64,000 nucleotides of DNA, from assembly GCA_003427395.1 (NCBI GenBank), contig BFEA01000004.1, positions 6,861,526-6,925,525 of the forward strand, read 5' to 3'. The notes below the pieces were generated by a model. The model was given only the letters and a program-made list of their open reading frames with translations, had not been told where the DNA came from and ran no database searches. Position numbers and translations under genes: made by a program. Source of the stretch: Chara braunii (Eukaryota > Plantae > Charophyceae). Each line of letters begins with the position of its first letter. Within the stretch, counting starts at the first letter, position 1. This document shows, in pieces, positions 38,801 through 52,533 of this stretch.

Positions 38801-41800
38801 GTTTGTGTGACTACAAGTTGTATTCGCTTATCTTGCTAATGGGAAAGGAACCGGACTGCTGCTCCCCAGCATAGAAGGAGGCTTGCTTTGTAAAAAAAAA
38901 AAAAAAAAAANNNNNNNNNNNNNNNNNNNNNNNNNNNNNNNNNNNNNNNNNNNNNNNNNNNNNNNNNNNNNNNNNNNNNNNNNNNNNNNNNNNNNNNNNN
39001 NNNNNNNNNNNNNNNNNNNNNNNNNNNNNNNNNNNNNNNNNNNNNNNNNNNNNNNNNNNAAGCTAATGATAACAACGACAGCCTGTCAATTTGTGTCAAA
39101 GCAAGCATCGATCTCTATTCTCTGGACAGATGTGAGCAGAAAGACCCATCTGCATCCGCAACCATAGACAGCTGCGCGCAAAGAGCCATAAGTCATGCTA
39201 GCATCTTTGTCCTCCTTTATGCTTGAGCCCATGAACGGAGTCAGGGACGAAAGCCATTAAAGACCCCTTGAGATGCTTCCACAGAAATACATTATAATTA
39301 GCGCCCTATGGCACACAAAAGACCCCTCCACTCCCCGAAACCATGACACCACGTTTGTGGACACGTTACAAAATGACAAACCAATGAGAACGAACTTTAT
39401 CATCACCTCTCCACTAAGTCTGCAGATGTGTTCGCCATCACTTGGCTCACACAATAACCACTATAATACTATTGCTGTAACGCACTTTGCCATGCATTTA
39501 CAGTCCTATTACATTCAATATAAGGGCCCCTTGCATTCTATGTGCCAAACAGCCCAACAAAAGCATCAGTGCACTTGTTTCACACAACAATCATCTGCGT
39601 ATTAGAAGAAGCATCGGTCACAAACTGTTTATAAACTAGCCGCCCAACCTCTCGAACAAAGCTGTGTATCCATAGTCCATACACTTGCAAACCAACACAG
39701 TTTGTGGGAGAATGCCTCACATAGCAGGTGTTCTTATCCCAGTCATGGGTAGGCACCAGCTAATCCTGAAAAGGAAGCCCAAACACATGTCACTTCATTT
39801 ACAAAGCTTAAATCGTGCCTGGCTGCATGTATTTGTTTCTTGACAGACTCAATTATTCAAGTGTCAAACAGAGCTCCGGACAAGCTACTGTATTTGCTGC
39901 AAGAACGCAGGATACAAAGTAGCCACATTATCCCATTACTTCCATCCGGTTATTGTTATCTTATTAAACCACCTTCAACTTCTTCCCTTGTCCCACTCCC
40001 TCCCTTTCTCACCTCTTGAAGCAGCTGAGCAGGAAATCCTTCGCTTCATTCGACAAATGCTCAGGAATTGGGGGAGGTGCCGTTGAGGATGCAATTGCAA
40101 ACAAGGCAGAAACCTGGTTGGGCAGCAAGATCAAACAGACCACAGCAAGATGACGCGTGACAAAGAAATGAGCCAACATTACGATCAACAAACCGATCCA
40201 CTGGAATGTATTCTGAGTACTTGCTAGCAGAACGGGATAGTCCTTCAGATTTGAACCGTGGTTAAAACAAGTAGATGTTTGTTGGTGCCAGCAATTTATC
40301 CTTGTGCCAAGCAACAAATTACCAGGGTCCTATAGAAGACGGAAGTGTGGTTCCATAGAGCCATATGGAGGTGACCTAAGCATTATGTGGACAGGATGCA
40401 GCCCGCACCAGCACCATGTCTTACGAAGGAAAAGGCCACAGTAACCCACCAGCAGGAGGACGGAATAAACAGAAATAAGTTCTCCACAAAGTCCAGCTTT
40501 TCTTTCTTTATGAATCTCATCTCTCTGCAACGAGTCCTCAGGGGAGAGAAAAGAGTCGGAGAGGAGGAGGGGGGCTGGGGAGGGAAGGCCCCAATGAGTA
40601 CTAGCGGGGAAAGGGTTCAAAAATGTGTTTGTCAAGCCCGTGTTTTTTTTTGTTTTTTTTTTTAAAGGGTGATGACCTTGACATATTATCATCATTGAAC
40701 TATCCATCCAGCGGCCTAGCTCAGTTCGTTAGGCACGCAAGTGGCATTAAGGGGGTTGTGGGTTCGAGCCCCATAACCCCCTGTGGTGCACTTAGTGCCA
40801 ACCAGCGGTGATAGTCCGCTTGATACCTCTGATCCGTATTCGCAGGGTCCTTGGCCAACATGAGTGTGAGCGTGAGTGTGAGTGGGTTGTGTGTGGTGTG
40901 TGGGAGAGGCCTTAGACACTGCTGTTATTCGGTTGGGGGTGGGGGACGATGAAAAGGGAGGTGCAGCTACTGGCAAAATGCTCGGTCTTTGCATTAGCCG
41001 GACCCCCACCAGCAGCCCCACCCCATTCTTGACCACCATGGTTGGGGCAGGGAGCAACATGCATCCCCTCTGATGGCTCGAGGGAGACAGCAAAGCTATG
41101 TTCGCAGCGATCCCCTGTATAAGCCTTAGGAGTAGTGGTAGGTAGGTAGTGAAGGTGAATTGAAAGAATTTGAAAGATGATGAAAGATTTAAGAGAAGAA
41201 TATAGCGTAGTTAAAAAAACAAAACAACAACAACAACAACACATCATTGAACTGACTGGCCACAGGTTATTCATAATTATTTATTTGATGGCATCTGGAT
41301 TTGAACTTTGGTCTGTACTTCAACAGTTGAGGGGTGAGCTAGGCCCGCTGGTGTCAAGTCCATGTTAATTCCACTAGGATGGAAGTTTTCCAAGCTGTGG
41401 TTCCCGGAGACTTGGTACGGTGATACATTGCTCTGATTGCCTTATTCTCTAGACTGGTAGGAAGAAGGGGGGGAAAAAACAGACAGAGAAAGAAGTTTAC
41501 AGAATTAGAGCTCGTGTCATGCATTTTAGTTAGTTTGTTTTCCTTTCTGTTCATGATTGGCCTATTCCACAAGAGGGTGTCTTTCCGGCTGTTGAAGTTT
41601 GAAATGCTTTGCCGGTGCTTTCTTGGTATGAAAAGTTGAAAACCTTGTTAAACAGCTCACAGAAAAGACAGGTTGTGTTTCAGTCGAAAGTATTTTTTTC
41701 TCAAACATGGCTTTATTATTTAGTATTTACTGAAAAGTAGCTCCGCCTTCCCTTACAAGCTGAACTCACTGAATCTGTTATGTGACAAAATTGAGATGCT

Positions 41801-44800
41801 TTGCCAGTGCTTTCTTGATATGAAAAGCCTGTTAAACAGTTCGCAGAATAGAGACAGCTTGTGTTTCAGTCAACCATCCAATCAATGAAAACCTCTTTAG
41901 GGACAGGCAAGAGCCCGAAATGCCTCCTGACCTACCTGATGCTGAAACTGGCTCCAAGGAGGTTTTCCCGTTGACATTTCAATCACCGTGCAACCCACAC
42001 TCCAGATGTCAGCTTGCCTTCACAACGCCATGCCAGATTACGACATCAGATCATCAGATTGATTCAAACAGAAGAGTTTTATCACATGGAATTGTTACAA
42101 ACTGATACCAACGACTTCCGGTTCACAGACTCTTCACTTTCCATGCTAATAGCACTCGTTACAGCTATAGCATCGGCAGGTGTGGTCCAGGGGGGGGGAG
42201 GGGGTAGTCGACATCCACAGCAGACCTGAACACTGGGGAAGGCCAGGTGCATGACCTGTACTACAACACGAACACGCCCCGGTACATTCTGAAGGACGCA
42301 TTCTGCTCTCTGGGAAGGAATGTGCAGTGTCTGCAAAATTCTCCCTTGGTCCAATCACAGAGTATAAAGCATAACTACTCAAATCAAACGAGTAAATAGG
42401 CCCTTCGAAAGTGAAAGGAGATTGTCACTACAGCTTGTCTAAAACTACTTGGCATCCTCCATCTCCTAGAAGCATTCCTTGATCAGGTTCGGTGAAGCGT
42501 ATACCTGCAAACTGAATCAAAGCATCCTGAAACACACATTGTCTGCAAAGCGTGTTTCAGTGAAGCGTATACCTGCAAAGTGAATCAACGCATCCTGAAA
42601 CACACATTGTCTGCAATGATGCAATCATGTCTAACACCGATCAGGATTTCACCAAAAGAGGTTCACTTTTATCAGAAACATATGCTTAACAAGTTAGCAC
42701 TGCTTGCTATCTCAAACATGATTGGTTGCCTACACCAGTTACGCTTCCCAAAACAACCACACATACCTCGTAAGTGGCAGGAAGCCGTTTCATGTGCACT
42801 AGTACCACGACAGATTTTCCTTCCCCAGTACTGTGCACCTTAGATTGGGACCTAGGCCATCAGCACACCTGTGTTACATGGTGACAACAGTGCAAGGCTG
42901 CATTACACATTATTATCACAAGGTGACCATGGCCATGTTCACCACAGCACCTCAGCATGCCTTAAAGGGGATAGAATCATGGTACTGGATACATTCCTTT
43001 TCTTGAAACAGGGAAGGCTACGAAATTGGGAGGTCTAGGGGTGCCCGAAAAGAAGAGTATGTTCTTTGGGCCATGCGCCAACATTGGAACAATACAGAGA
43101 ACCTTAGCATGGCCCCTGCACGACGATGACACACACAAACTGAGAAATGGTGCAATTTCAAAAAACAAGAAAAAGACAAGTATGATATCGAAACTCAAAG
43201 TCTGCAAAACTGTTTGACGTAGTCCCCTCACCTGCCATGCCCTGTCTGTTTGATAACTTCCGGAGCCATCCAATAGGGTGTTCCCTTCATTGACTTAAAA
43301 CCTTCGGAAACAGTCGCCTTCATAGGAACAGAACGACACAGAGGAAACACCAGTGTAATCAACCCAACTTGAGAAGCTTACATCATCATCATCACACATG
43401 AATCCAAAAAGCTCAAACTGAATGACGATCTTGGGATGAGATAGCAAATGACGCCAAACGACAAATCAGTGCAAAGAAGAGCAAGGGTATGAGAGTGATT
43501 CCCTAGTGTAAACAAGAGATATAAAGTTCGAGTTTCTCTTCCCCTTCAACTTCAGGAATGCTTCGCTCACCACCTCAGAATGTCATCAGATACATCAGCT
43601 GACTGCTGGCAAACTCTCCTCTCTCCTACACCGCCACACCAGATCTTTTGGGTGCTTGCCTATCCAAGGCCAGCAGAACCATCGCTAACTCTGGAAATGA
43701 CAGTGCCAGTCTTCTTGAATCGGCTCAAGTCTCTAACCTCATCACAGTGATCACTAGCAGGTAACCACCTTCTCCCTCCACAGGTCTTTGCCTCTACGTC
43801 GTATCCCTCACCCTTGCTCCCTCTCTCCCTCTTTGTCTATGAAGCAGAAGCACCTTCGCCTATCCTAACTGTGGCAACTAACACCATTCTCTACCTTTCC
43901 CTCTCCCTCTCACTCTGTCAAGCGCAAGCACTCATGCACACAACAGCACTCCAGCCTCAAGCACCAAGCGGAATGTGTCACGACTAGAGGCCCACTTGTG
44001 TTGCATTGACCACCCTGTCCTATACCCTCTTGGCCGCGATGGAGAGCACTTCGGGAGAGAAGGCTAACAGAGCCCCAAGTTTTCGGGGGGGCGGTCATGG
44101 TCTTTATAAAGAACATCGTGCACCTTTTAAGACAGACTTGGCACCAGTCCATGGAGTGGACATCAACATTCCTTTTATCATCCTTGTTATGGCAGATTTC
44201 ACAGCTCCATCCAAATAAATCTACAAATAAGAGACAATGTGCGCATTTCAGACACATACGATCTGCAGCCTCTGTATGTGAAAAAAAACAACAATTGAAG
44301 ATGCCTTACCAGGTCAGCCAGCTTCTTTGATGCACCGAAGTCAGCAAGTTTTATGCAGCCTTTGTTATCCACAAGAATGTTCGCCCCCTGTTTGCACGCA
44401 ATTCATGGGGACACCAAGTCACAATAGGTAAGGAACAGGGTGCTCAGGTACAAAATATGCCAATGTTTCTGGCTTACAATACCTTCCATCTGCTGAATCA
44501 ACAAACAAGTCAAGCTGCATACATAAGAGTGTTTAATGACCACACAAAAGAAAGACCTCCACGACAGATAATTGTCACCACCCTGCAAGGCTAACCCACT
44601 GAAGATTTCCACAAGCAGACTCCACATTACGGATTTGTTTAACAGTCCAAGCCTTTCGAAGGCCTGGCTCACAGAAAGCAAAGCCTGTGAGGTTGCCAGC
44701 CCGGTTTGAATAAAGATGGTCCAGTGGCCCCTTTTTGACCTGCACGACCCAGTTCTTCAATCAGCACCTCCAACTGCATAAATGGCATGGTAGTCCTTCC

Positions 44801-47800
44801 CCAGTTTCCTTGTTCTTTGTTCTGCTTTCGGGCCCCTTGTGACAGCATGAACTAACCTGTTTGATGCACCAATTTCTCAGTGCTCTAAATGCTGCCGATG
44901 ATCCCCTATCACTTAAAGCACCAGTACACCACACATCAGCCCACGGGAATCAGCATGAAACCCGCACCACTTTGGAGGCCGCCAATTTTTTTTTTTCAAC
45001 GGCGCCCCACACCGCGCGGCCCCTTCGAGTTTCGCTTGTGGCGACAAAAACTTTCTGCAAGGCTGGGGCCGTGTACTTGCGGTTTAACACACTGTCTTAT
45101 GACCATCCCTGAGTGGACAAATGATGTGGAGACATCACCAACATAGACTTCTCAAAGCCTTGGTCGATGCCCTTAAGAACACAGCGAATGCCCCAGCAAA
45201 GAGAGCAGGTGCTGGCAAAGTCAGGCGAACCTTGATATCCCTGTGCATGATGTGATGGTTGTGCAGGTACTCCAATCCTTGCAAGAGTTGCCGAGTGAAA
45301 AGTCGGATGACCTGTAGCAGAGATACGCCATCGGAAACATACAAACATAATCATGATAACAATGATAAGCGATCACCAAGGACATTTGTAGAATAGGAGA
45401 GCCAACATAGACGGTGTCCTTTTATATGAATGAATAGTTTATGCTATCTCCTGAAGACTCTTCATTTTCTTGACTATCTCATTAGCTACTAGCTTTAGGA
45501 TTAGAACCAAACGGACTTCACGTAGAATGCATATATACTGGTCACAGTCCACCTTTCACCTCCAGTGGCCTAACTCTCCAAACACAGGTGATTCTATTTC
45601 ACGAGCGTTTTGGGTTTCTTCCTGACATTGACCTGGCCCATGCTGTGGACAGAAGGGGCCACATCTATCTAGAAAAAATGAGATTTAATGAGTGGGTACA
45701 CCAACAAAGTACTCTTGAGGTGATTTTGATTAGATGGATTGAAGCCAGATTTAATGAGGAGTGGGTACACGAACGAAGTACTCTTGAGGTGATTTTGATT
45801 AGAGGGATCCCTGCACCATCCATATCCCAGCACAATTCGTATAGCAAATTCAGGTCTTTCGGGCCTCCCTTTCTCCAATTCACTGAGTGCATATGGCCTT
45901 CACAGGAACCTGAGTTTGAGTGGTACAGCACATATTGACCGACATTCTCTTCCGAACATGCCAGCTGAGAAGAGCGTCATACAGCAGAACAGCACATGTT
46001 AGCTACAGCAAAACCAACAATGCACAAAACAAATCATTTTGAAATTTGAAACCATTCCGACGTTAGCACAAGCATAAACTGCCTCGTCAACATTCAATCA
46101 CCCCACACTATTCAATGACAACCCTTCCAAACAGCCGCGTCCTCAACAAGCATGCTGATAACCCATATGATTACACTTGTCAGATCTGGCTAAGCCAGGT
46201 TATCTGCTCCCTTTTCTTNNNNNNNNNNNNNNNNNNNNNNNNNNNNNNNNNNNNNNNNNNNNNNNNNNNNNNNNNNNNNNNNNNNNNNNNNNNAACAGCC
46301 GCGTCCTCAACAAGCATGCTGATAACCCATATGATTACACTTGTCAGATCTGGCTAAGCCAGGTTATCTGCTCCCTTTTCTTAACTTTGCACTGGTCTGG
46401 CTTATCAAGATTCCGCCATACACAAGTAGCAAAGAGTGAGGCTGCGGAACGTTCGCTAGCAATACTAAACATTGAGGGAGGGAAGAACCAAATAGAACAC
46501 CCACAACACTCCTCTGGGACATACATAAAACTTGGAGCGATACAGAGAAGATTAGCATGGCCCCTGCACAACGATGACACACAAACTCGAGAAACAGTCC
46601 AAACCGGAGCCATCCGCAAGAGAGCCTCGATCCTGGTGGTGCTTTTAGAATGGTCCCTGTGCCCTTCCAAGTAAGCATTCACAAAAATTCTCTTTGTGCA
46701 TTTACCAAAAAGTCCATGCATGGCTTCCATCTCTAACGCCCATGTAATCTGCATTACCCCCTCCAAACTTTCAACTCCCTCGACATCCACCTGCCATCAG
46801 GCAAATAACATTCAGTCAGAATTTGCGTGTGGCATACCTTCTCAGTGAATGAGCCAAACTTCGAAAGCAAGGAGGCAATCGAACCTCCGGGCACAAACTC
46901 CAGGAATATATTTAAGGCATCTTCTTCTCTGTCGGTTCCTAGGTACCTCTGAACACCCAGATCACAAACAACAACCAAAAGCGAACAGGTTCGGTGCTTC
47001 ACCAGAAAAGGGAACAAGGACCCACTGCGTTCTCACAGTGTAAGACTATACATATGACTCTGTTATGAACCTAGACCAGGTTTACGTTAAGCTGTACACA
47101 ATAGCATCCTGGAGACTACCTGACTTCTGCTGAAAGGTACCCACATTGAACTGTATATAAATGATTACAAGCGCCAATCTGATGGATATGTTAACGTTAC
47201 AGGCCAGCCATCCTGGCAAAAGACAAAAGAGGATGGAGAGAAGTAACCCAGTCAGACCTTGCCACAATGTTAGTTTGATGTTGTTAACCTTGCACTTCTT
47301 TTTCACCCCCTACGTGCTTCCTCCAAAACATGAACACAAAGAGGGCTCCAGAAGGCTATGATAGTGCAAGAAGTGCGCATGACTTTAGTCCCGAATTTAC
47401 ACCAAGTTGGTGCTCCCCTATGAGCAATACTACCATAATGTGGTCTGACCGTAAGGTGAGCTTGATGCCAACCTGGCTCTTGGCCTTTCCCATCAAAGCA
47501 AATTACAGCGTTGCACCTTCTCATTTCTTTGCTCTCGCTGTGCTTTAACACGTTTTCCTTTTACACCACCAAGTTAACAAGCGTCCAACATCCATTCCTG
47601 CAGCCAAGAAGTGGCACAGAGACAGCACTAAGCAGAGACAGGAGACCCAAGGAGAGAAAAGAACTGTTAAATATGCACTCTTTCCTGAGCCCTGCTTTCC
47701 CGACACTGTTGTGCGTCTGAGCCTGACATACTGAACCAGCACAGGGACGGGCCTGTCCGGGCCACCAGGGCAAGTTGGCCAGTAAGCCTAAACTTTTGCA

Positions 47801-48411
47801 GCCCGTCTTGCAACCCCCTTGCAAATCGGCATGCCCGCAGCTTACATCCAGAAGAGTGGTAGTTTGAAATATCAATACGCTACAAAGCACTGCTCAACAA
47901 GCATTGGGCTAAAACGAACCAACGACCAAAGGATTAACCATCATGAGAGATCAGTTGCACCTGTGTGCTTCCCCTCCCCTCCCCCCTCCCCCCCCAACCC
48001 TCCCTTTGAGAATAGCATCAGTGGGCCGTGGTGCCAGAGGTGATACGAGCATCCCCTGTTACCACTGGCTCCTGTTTATTGGCAGGGAGCTGCACTTGCT
48101 GGAAAACGGGTTCAGCATCCCCCTTATTCTAACCGAATGACGCCCAAAAGCCTCACCAAGCGTTGACATTGGACAGAGCAAACGTAGAGCTGCTGAGTCA
48201 CCAAAACTCTCTCCCTCCCTCCCTCCCTCCCCCCCNNNNNNNNNNNNNNNNNNNNNNNNNNNNNNNNNNNNNNNNNNNNNNNNNNNNNNNNNNNNNNNNN
48301 NNNNNNNNNNNNNNNNNNNNNNNNNNNNNNNNNNNNNNNNNNNNNNNNNNNNNNNNNNNNNNNNNNNNNNNNNNNNNNNNNNNNNNNNNNNNNNNNNNNN
48401 NNNNNNNNNNN

Positions 48412-48467
<56 letters not shown>

Positions 48468-51400
48468 CACACGCACAAACATACGCCAGGTGTGCAAGAA
48501 AGAACAGGAAAGGACAATGGTGGCATTCAACCTGCACACCTTAAACCGCTAGCCCACAGCCCCAGCCTTGTAGAAAATTGCTAGTTGGCAACTCTGAATT
48601 TTTTGTGGCTCGGGGCTACTGGACCACAATGGCTGGCGGTTCAGAAAAGCTTGGCACGCAGTGCAGCGCCTCCAGAGGTATATAAGAACACAAGCAACAT
48701 ACAACATGAAACACATCTACAGAAGAGAAAAGAAGATTTGTTGAATTTGTTCAAACAATACTTCATTTCCCTAGTCAGTGAATGGAGGTGATGATGAAGG
48801 ACATGCATTAACAAAGCTAAAACATGCTGATAGCACAGGAGTGCAGAGAACCTACCACAATATTTAGATGTGAAAGGTTGCGCAACACAGCCACCTCCTC
48901 TTCCAATCCCCGGATGTGCTCCTAAATTGGACCAGTTCACCACAGTACGAGCTACAAGATCAGCACATAAAACTCAAGAATGATCCAGATCGGAGGATGA
49001 TGGGAATTCACCTCGGTTATATTCACTGAGCTCAGATTGGGACTTTTTGAAAGCAGATTGGGATTCCATGTGACTCCAAATAGCAGACAGTTTAGGGTAG
49101 ACATCGCAGAGCCAAGCGGACTTAAGAGTTTGATACGCACACTCAAATTCCAAAGCTCAGAACAATGTTGATACACAACAAAAGGTCCTTAAGGAGCTGC
49201 CATCTGCAAAAATGGAGAGCAGCGTTCAGAGCGTATACGTTTGCACGTAGCTTGCCAGTGAAAAACGAAGCAGTGCCAGTCTGCTCATTGCTGAAAAGGC
49301 CTCCGAAAAGGGAGCATTCACAGCCTCGTGCACATTATAGGGGGGAGGTGGGGAGGGGTCCGCATGTCCGCAGTTGAAGGAATGCTTGAGAAATCTGGGC
49401 CGCAGTTCAAGGAATGCTTCAGAATCAGGGAGGGTTTCAGGACACTCCACCAAAACAACACACCAAAACATACAACTGATCATAAGCACACCACTTCAGG
49501 CCATTATCACACTGTCAATTTTTATTGACAACGCCCTGAAACAATGACAACAGGGAAATATGAAAAGGCATAGAGTATGACAGGTCCACAACTCCCCTTT
49601 TCACGGCCCAATCAGGGTACCATGCATCATCTGATTTCCCAAGAGGAGCGACCCGCTATGGAGCCACCTCAGTGGCTGTTCAAGGGGAAATAAGACAGAG
49701 CAATGTTTCAGACGTTTGGCTCATCTAAGAGTCTGCAAACAAACCCAAACATAACCAAGACCCCTTATTCGTAATGCACTTGTGCACCATTGCCTTGTTC
49801 CCCATTACTCGGATTGCTGGAAATGACAGGTTACCACAGGGCAAATACAGACACTGGCATCGGCACAGAAGTTGTTGAAATGGTATGCAAATACCTGAGC
49901 TCTTTCCTTGGTTGTACTGTTGACGGCTATTAGCACCTGGAGGACCACATATGACACGTATGACACATTTCATGAGTGTGAAGTTAAAAAAACTCAACAA
50001 GGAGCTGACAACAGACATCACACGATGACTGGCATTAAATTTTAAAGCTATGATAATACAAGCACAAGGTCTTAGCTATATTCCATTTCAGGAGTTAGTT
50101 TTCAGCAAAAAACCTAGGCTGTTTTTCCGGGCGCCCAGGCACCCAACNNNNNNNNNNNNNNNNNNNNNNNNNNNNNNNNNNNNNNNNNNNNNNNNNNNNN
50201 NNNNNNNNNNNNNNNNNNNNNNNNNNNNNNNNNNNNNNNNNNNNNNNNNNNNNNNNNNNNNNNNNNNNNNNNNNNNNNNNNNNNNNNTGACAGCCAACTC
50301 TCAAAAATTGAAAAGAGCCCGGATTTGGGGTCCTCTGGGAGAGCGCAGAAAAGAAAAAGAAGGAAAAAAAAAAATTCACACCCAGGTGCCCGGCCGGGCA
50401 TAAAAAACTTCCTAGCAAAAAACTGAAAAAAAACTGAGATGACCAGGTAGAGTTCAGCATCACCAACTTCATGGTTTGAAGTCTGGTTCGACCAATTTCA
50501 GCCCACCAGCAAGCCTTCAGACCAATTGGCCATTTGCACCATCACGTCACTGTCATTGCATAGTGTGTCTCTCCCGGAACACCGCTCAGTTCCTTTTGCT
50601 CTGCTGCTTTTGTTTTCCTCGTGTTCCTTTTCGAACATTCTTTTCGCGTACTTCATTTTCTCTCCTTTTAAAAAAAAAATTCATTCAATTACATTTGTAG
50701 GGGATCTAGTGCATTAATTAACGGATGGGTTACCCAGTAACCCAAGTAAGGCTGAATCAAACTACCTCGGCCATCTAGTGCATTAAGGCTGAATCAAACT
50801 ACCTCGGCGATCTAGTGCATTAATTTTCGCCTTTGTAGGGGATCTAGTGCTTTAATTTTCGCCTTTGTTTCCTGAACCTGCTCCTAACACACATGCAGAC
50901 ATCAAAGGCTCCACGGTGAAGGTTAAGTTGATGCCTGCGGGAAAGGGAAAAAAAAACAACCCAAATATGTCCTTGCGGGCATCAAAGAGTATGAAAGATT
51001 GATTTTGCTTGATGGAAACCTACTATTGGCTAAAGACAGTTCACTATCCGAGAAGAAGCCTTGGAGGGCCTGGTGATCTTACATCATGAGGTCTTGATGC
51101 AGTCTTTACAGCTCGTGCCTTTCTCTGAACTCCAAAGTATTCCATAACGATCACTATATTTGCAGTCTCAGGAAGCCAACACATGTTTGCGTAGGATCCT
51201 CAGAGTCCGATAAAAAAACAGAGTCAATTCACAATTTCACATCCTGTACTACAATATTACGCAACATTGATCATTTACAGTTACTATGGTTAGCAGGATT
51301 GATTCTGTAATGCAGAATCCGAAGAGTGGAGCGGAGATCAAGGTCAGCAACCTTTCAAATCAATTGCTGGATTCTCCATTCCTGTTATCCCGGCCTCAGC

Positions 51401-52501
51401 CATAAGCTTGCCAACACACCATTGCCACTTGAAAAGCTCAAGCACTTCCCCGAATACCCTGTCCAGGGGCTTCCCACATATGCTGTCCCAGCACTCCTGA
51501 ACCATGCCATTAAACTCTACTCCCCAACCACACCATCACACCACTCCCCAAACACGTCATCATCGAATGGCTGTCTCAAACCCTTCCCCTCAAAGAACGA
51601 AATGGGGTTCATCACCGTGTTGGGCTATTTACGATCCAGACTTCTGGACGACCACCGGACAGTCTAAGCGATGAAGAATTTCGGGCCAGTGGCCTATTCA
51701 GCAGTCTCGAATGTCCACAACCAAAAACTGGCATCCTAACTACCTTTCCATATTAATTATGGTTAAGTAATATGAACGTATACATTCCCAAAACCTAAGA
51801 ATCAAAGAACACAATGAAAAATATATTTTGGGGTTGCATAGCACTACAAACAAGATTTGGCTGCGGGTCATCCCAAAACTCTCAGCCAAGCACAAGTAAA
51901 AAGAAAACAAAACGATTCCTTTTTTTTGTGGGCGTAGGAGGGCAGAGGAAAGAGTAACAGGGCAGCCCCTGTGTCCAGGCACTGTCTTCACATAAGGAAA
52001 GAGATGCGGAGCAAGATAGCAGAATCCCTGACATGACATGAATTTGGAGCCCACACAGGATCGAGTTTTGCTTTACATTCCATCCGTTTATGAGAAAGCA
52101 GGGATCTCAAGACTGACCTGCTTCACAGCCAATAATTCGCCAGAATCCAAATTCATTCCCATATATACACGGCCATAAGCGCCAGCACCAATCAGCTCCC
52201 CTTTCCGCCAGCGAATGGGTGCAGGATTCTCCTTTGCCACAGGTGTTCCATTTGCATGATGAACCCGGTTCTCATCGGCGACAATATTACCCAAAGTATC
52301 TTCCTCCCGAGAAGCACGAGATTCGCGCGAATACCGCCCATTCTTTGACGTCTTCAAGTCGTTCGGCTTCTGAAAACCGCATTCCTCAAAAAAGCTCTGC
52401 AACAAAACCGTTTCCAACTCAGGAAATGAGCCCTCAGCACAGGTGTAAGAGTGCATTTTACAAAAGGGCAAAAGAAAGATATAGGGGGCACACAAATTCA
52501 A

Positions 52502-52533
<32 letters not shown>

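Noticed and set aside
40708-40785. tRNA gene
   Set aside because: Has A and B boxes but no proper acceptor or anticodon stems; it is the head of a SINE.
46131-46382. Exact ~88 bp direct repeat either side of an N gap
   Set aside because: Typical unmerged contig overlap, not a biological repeat.
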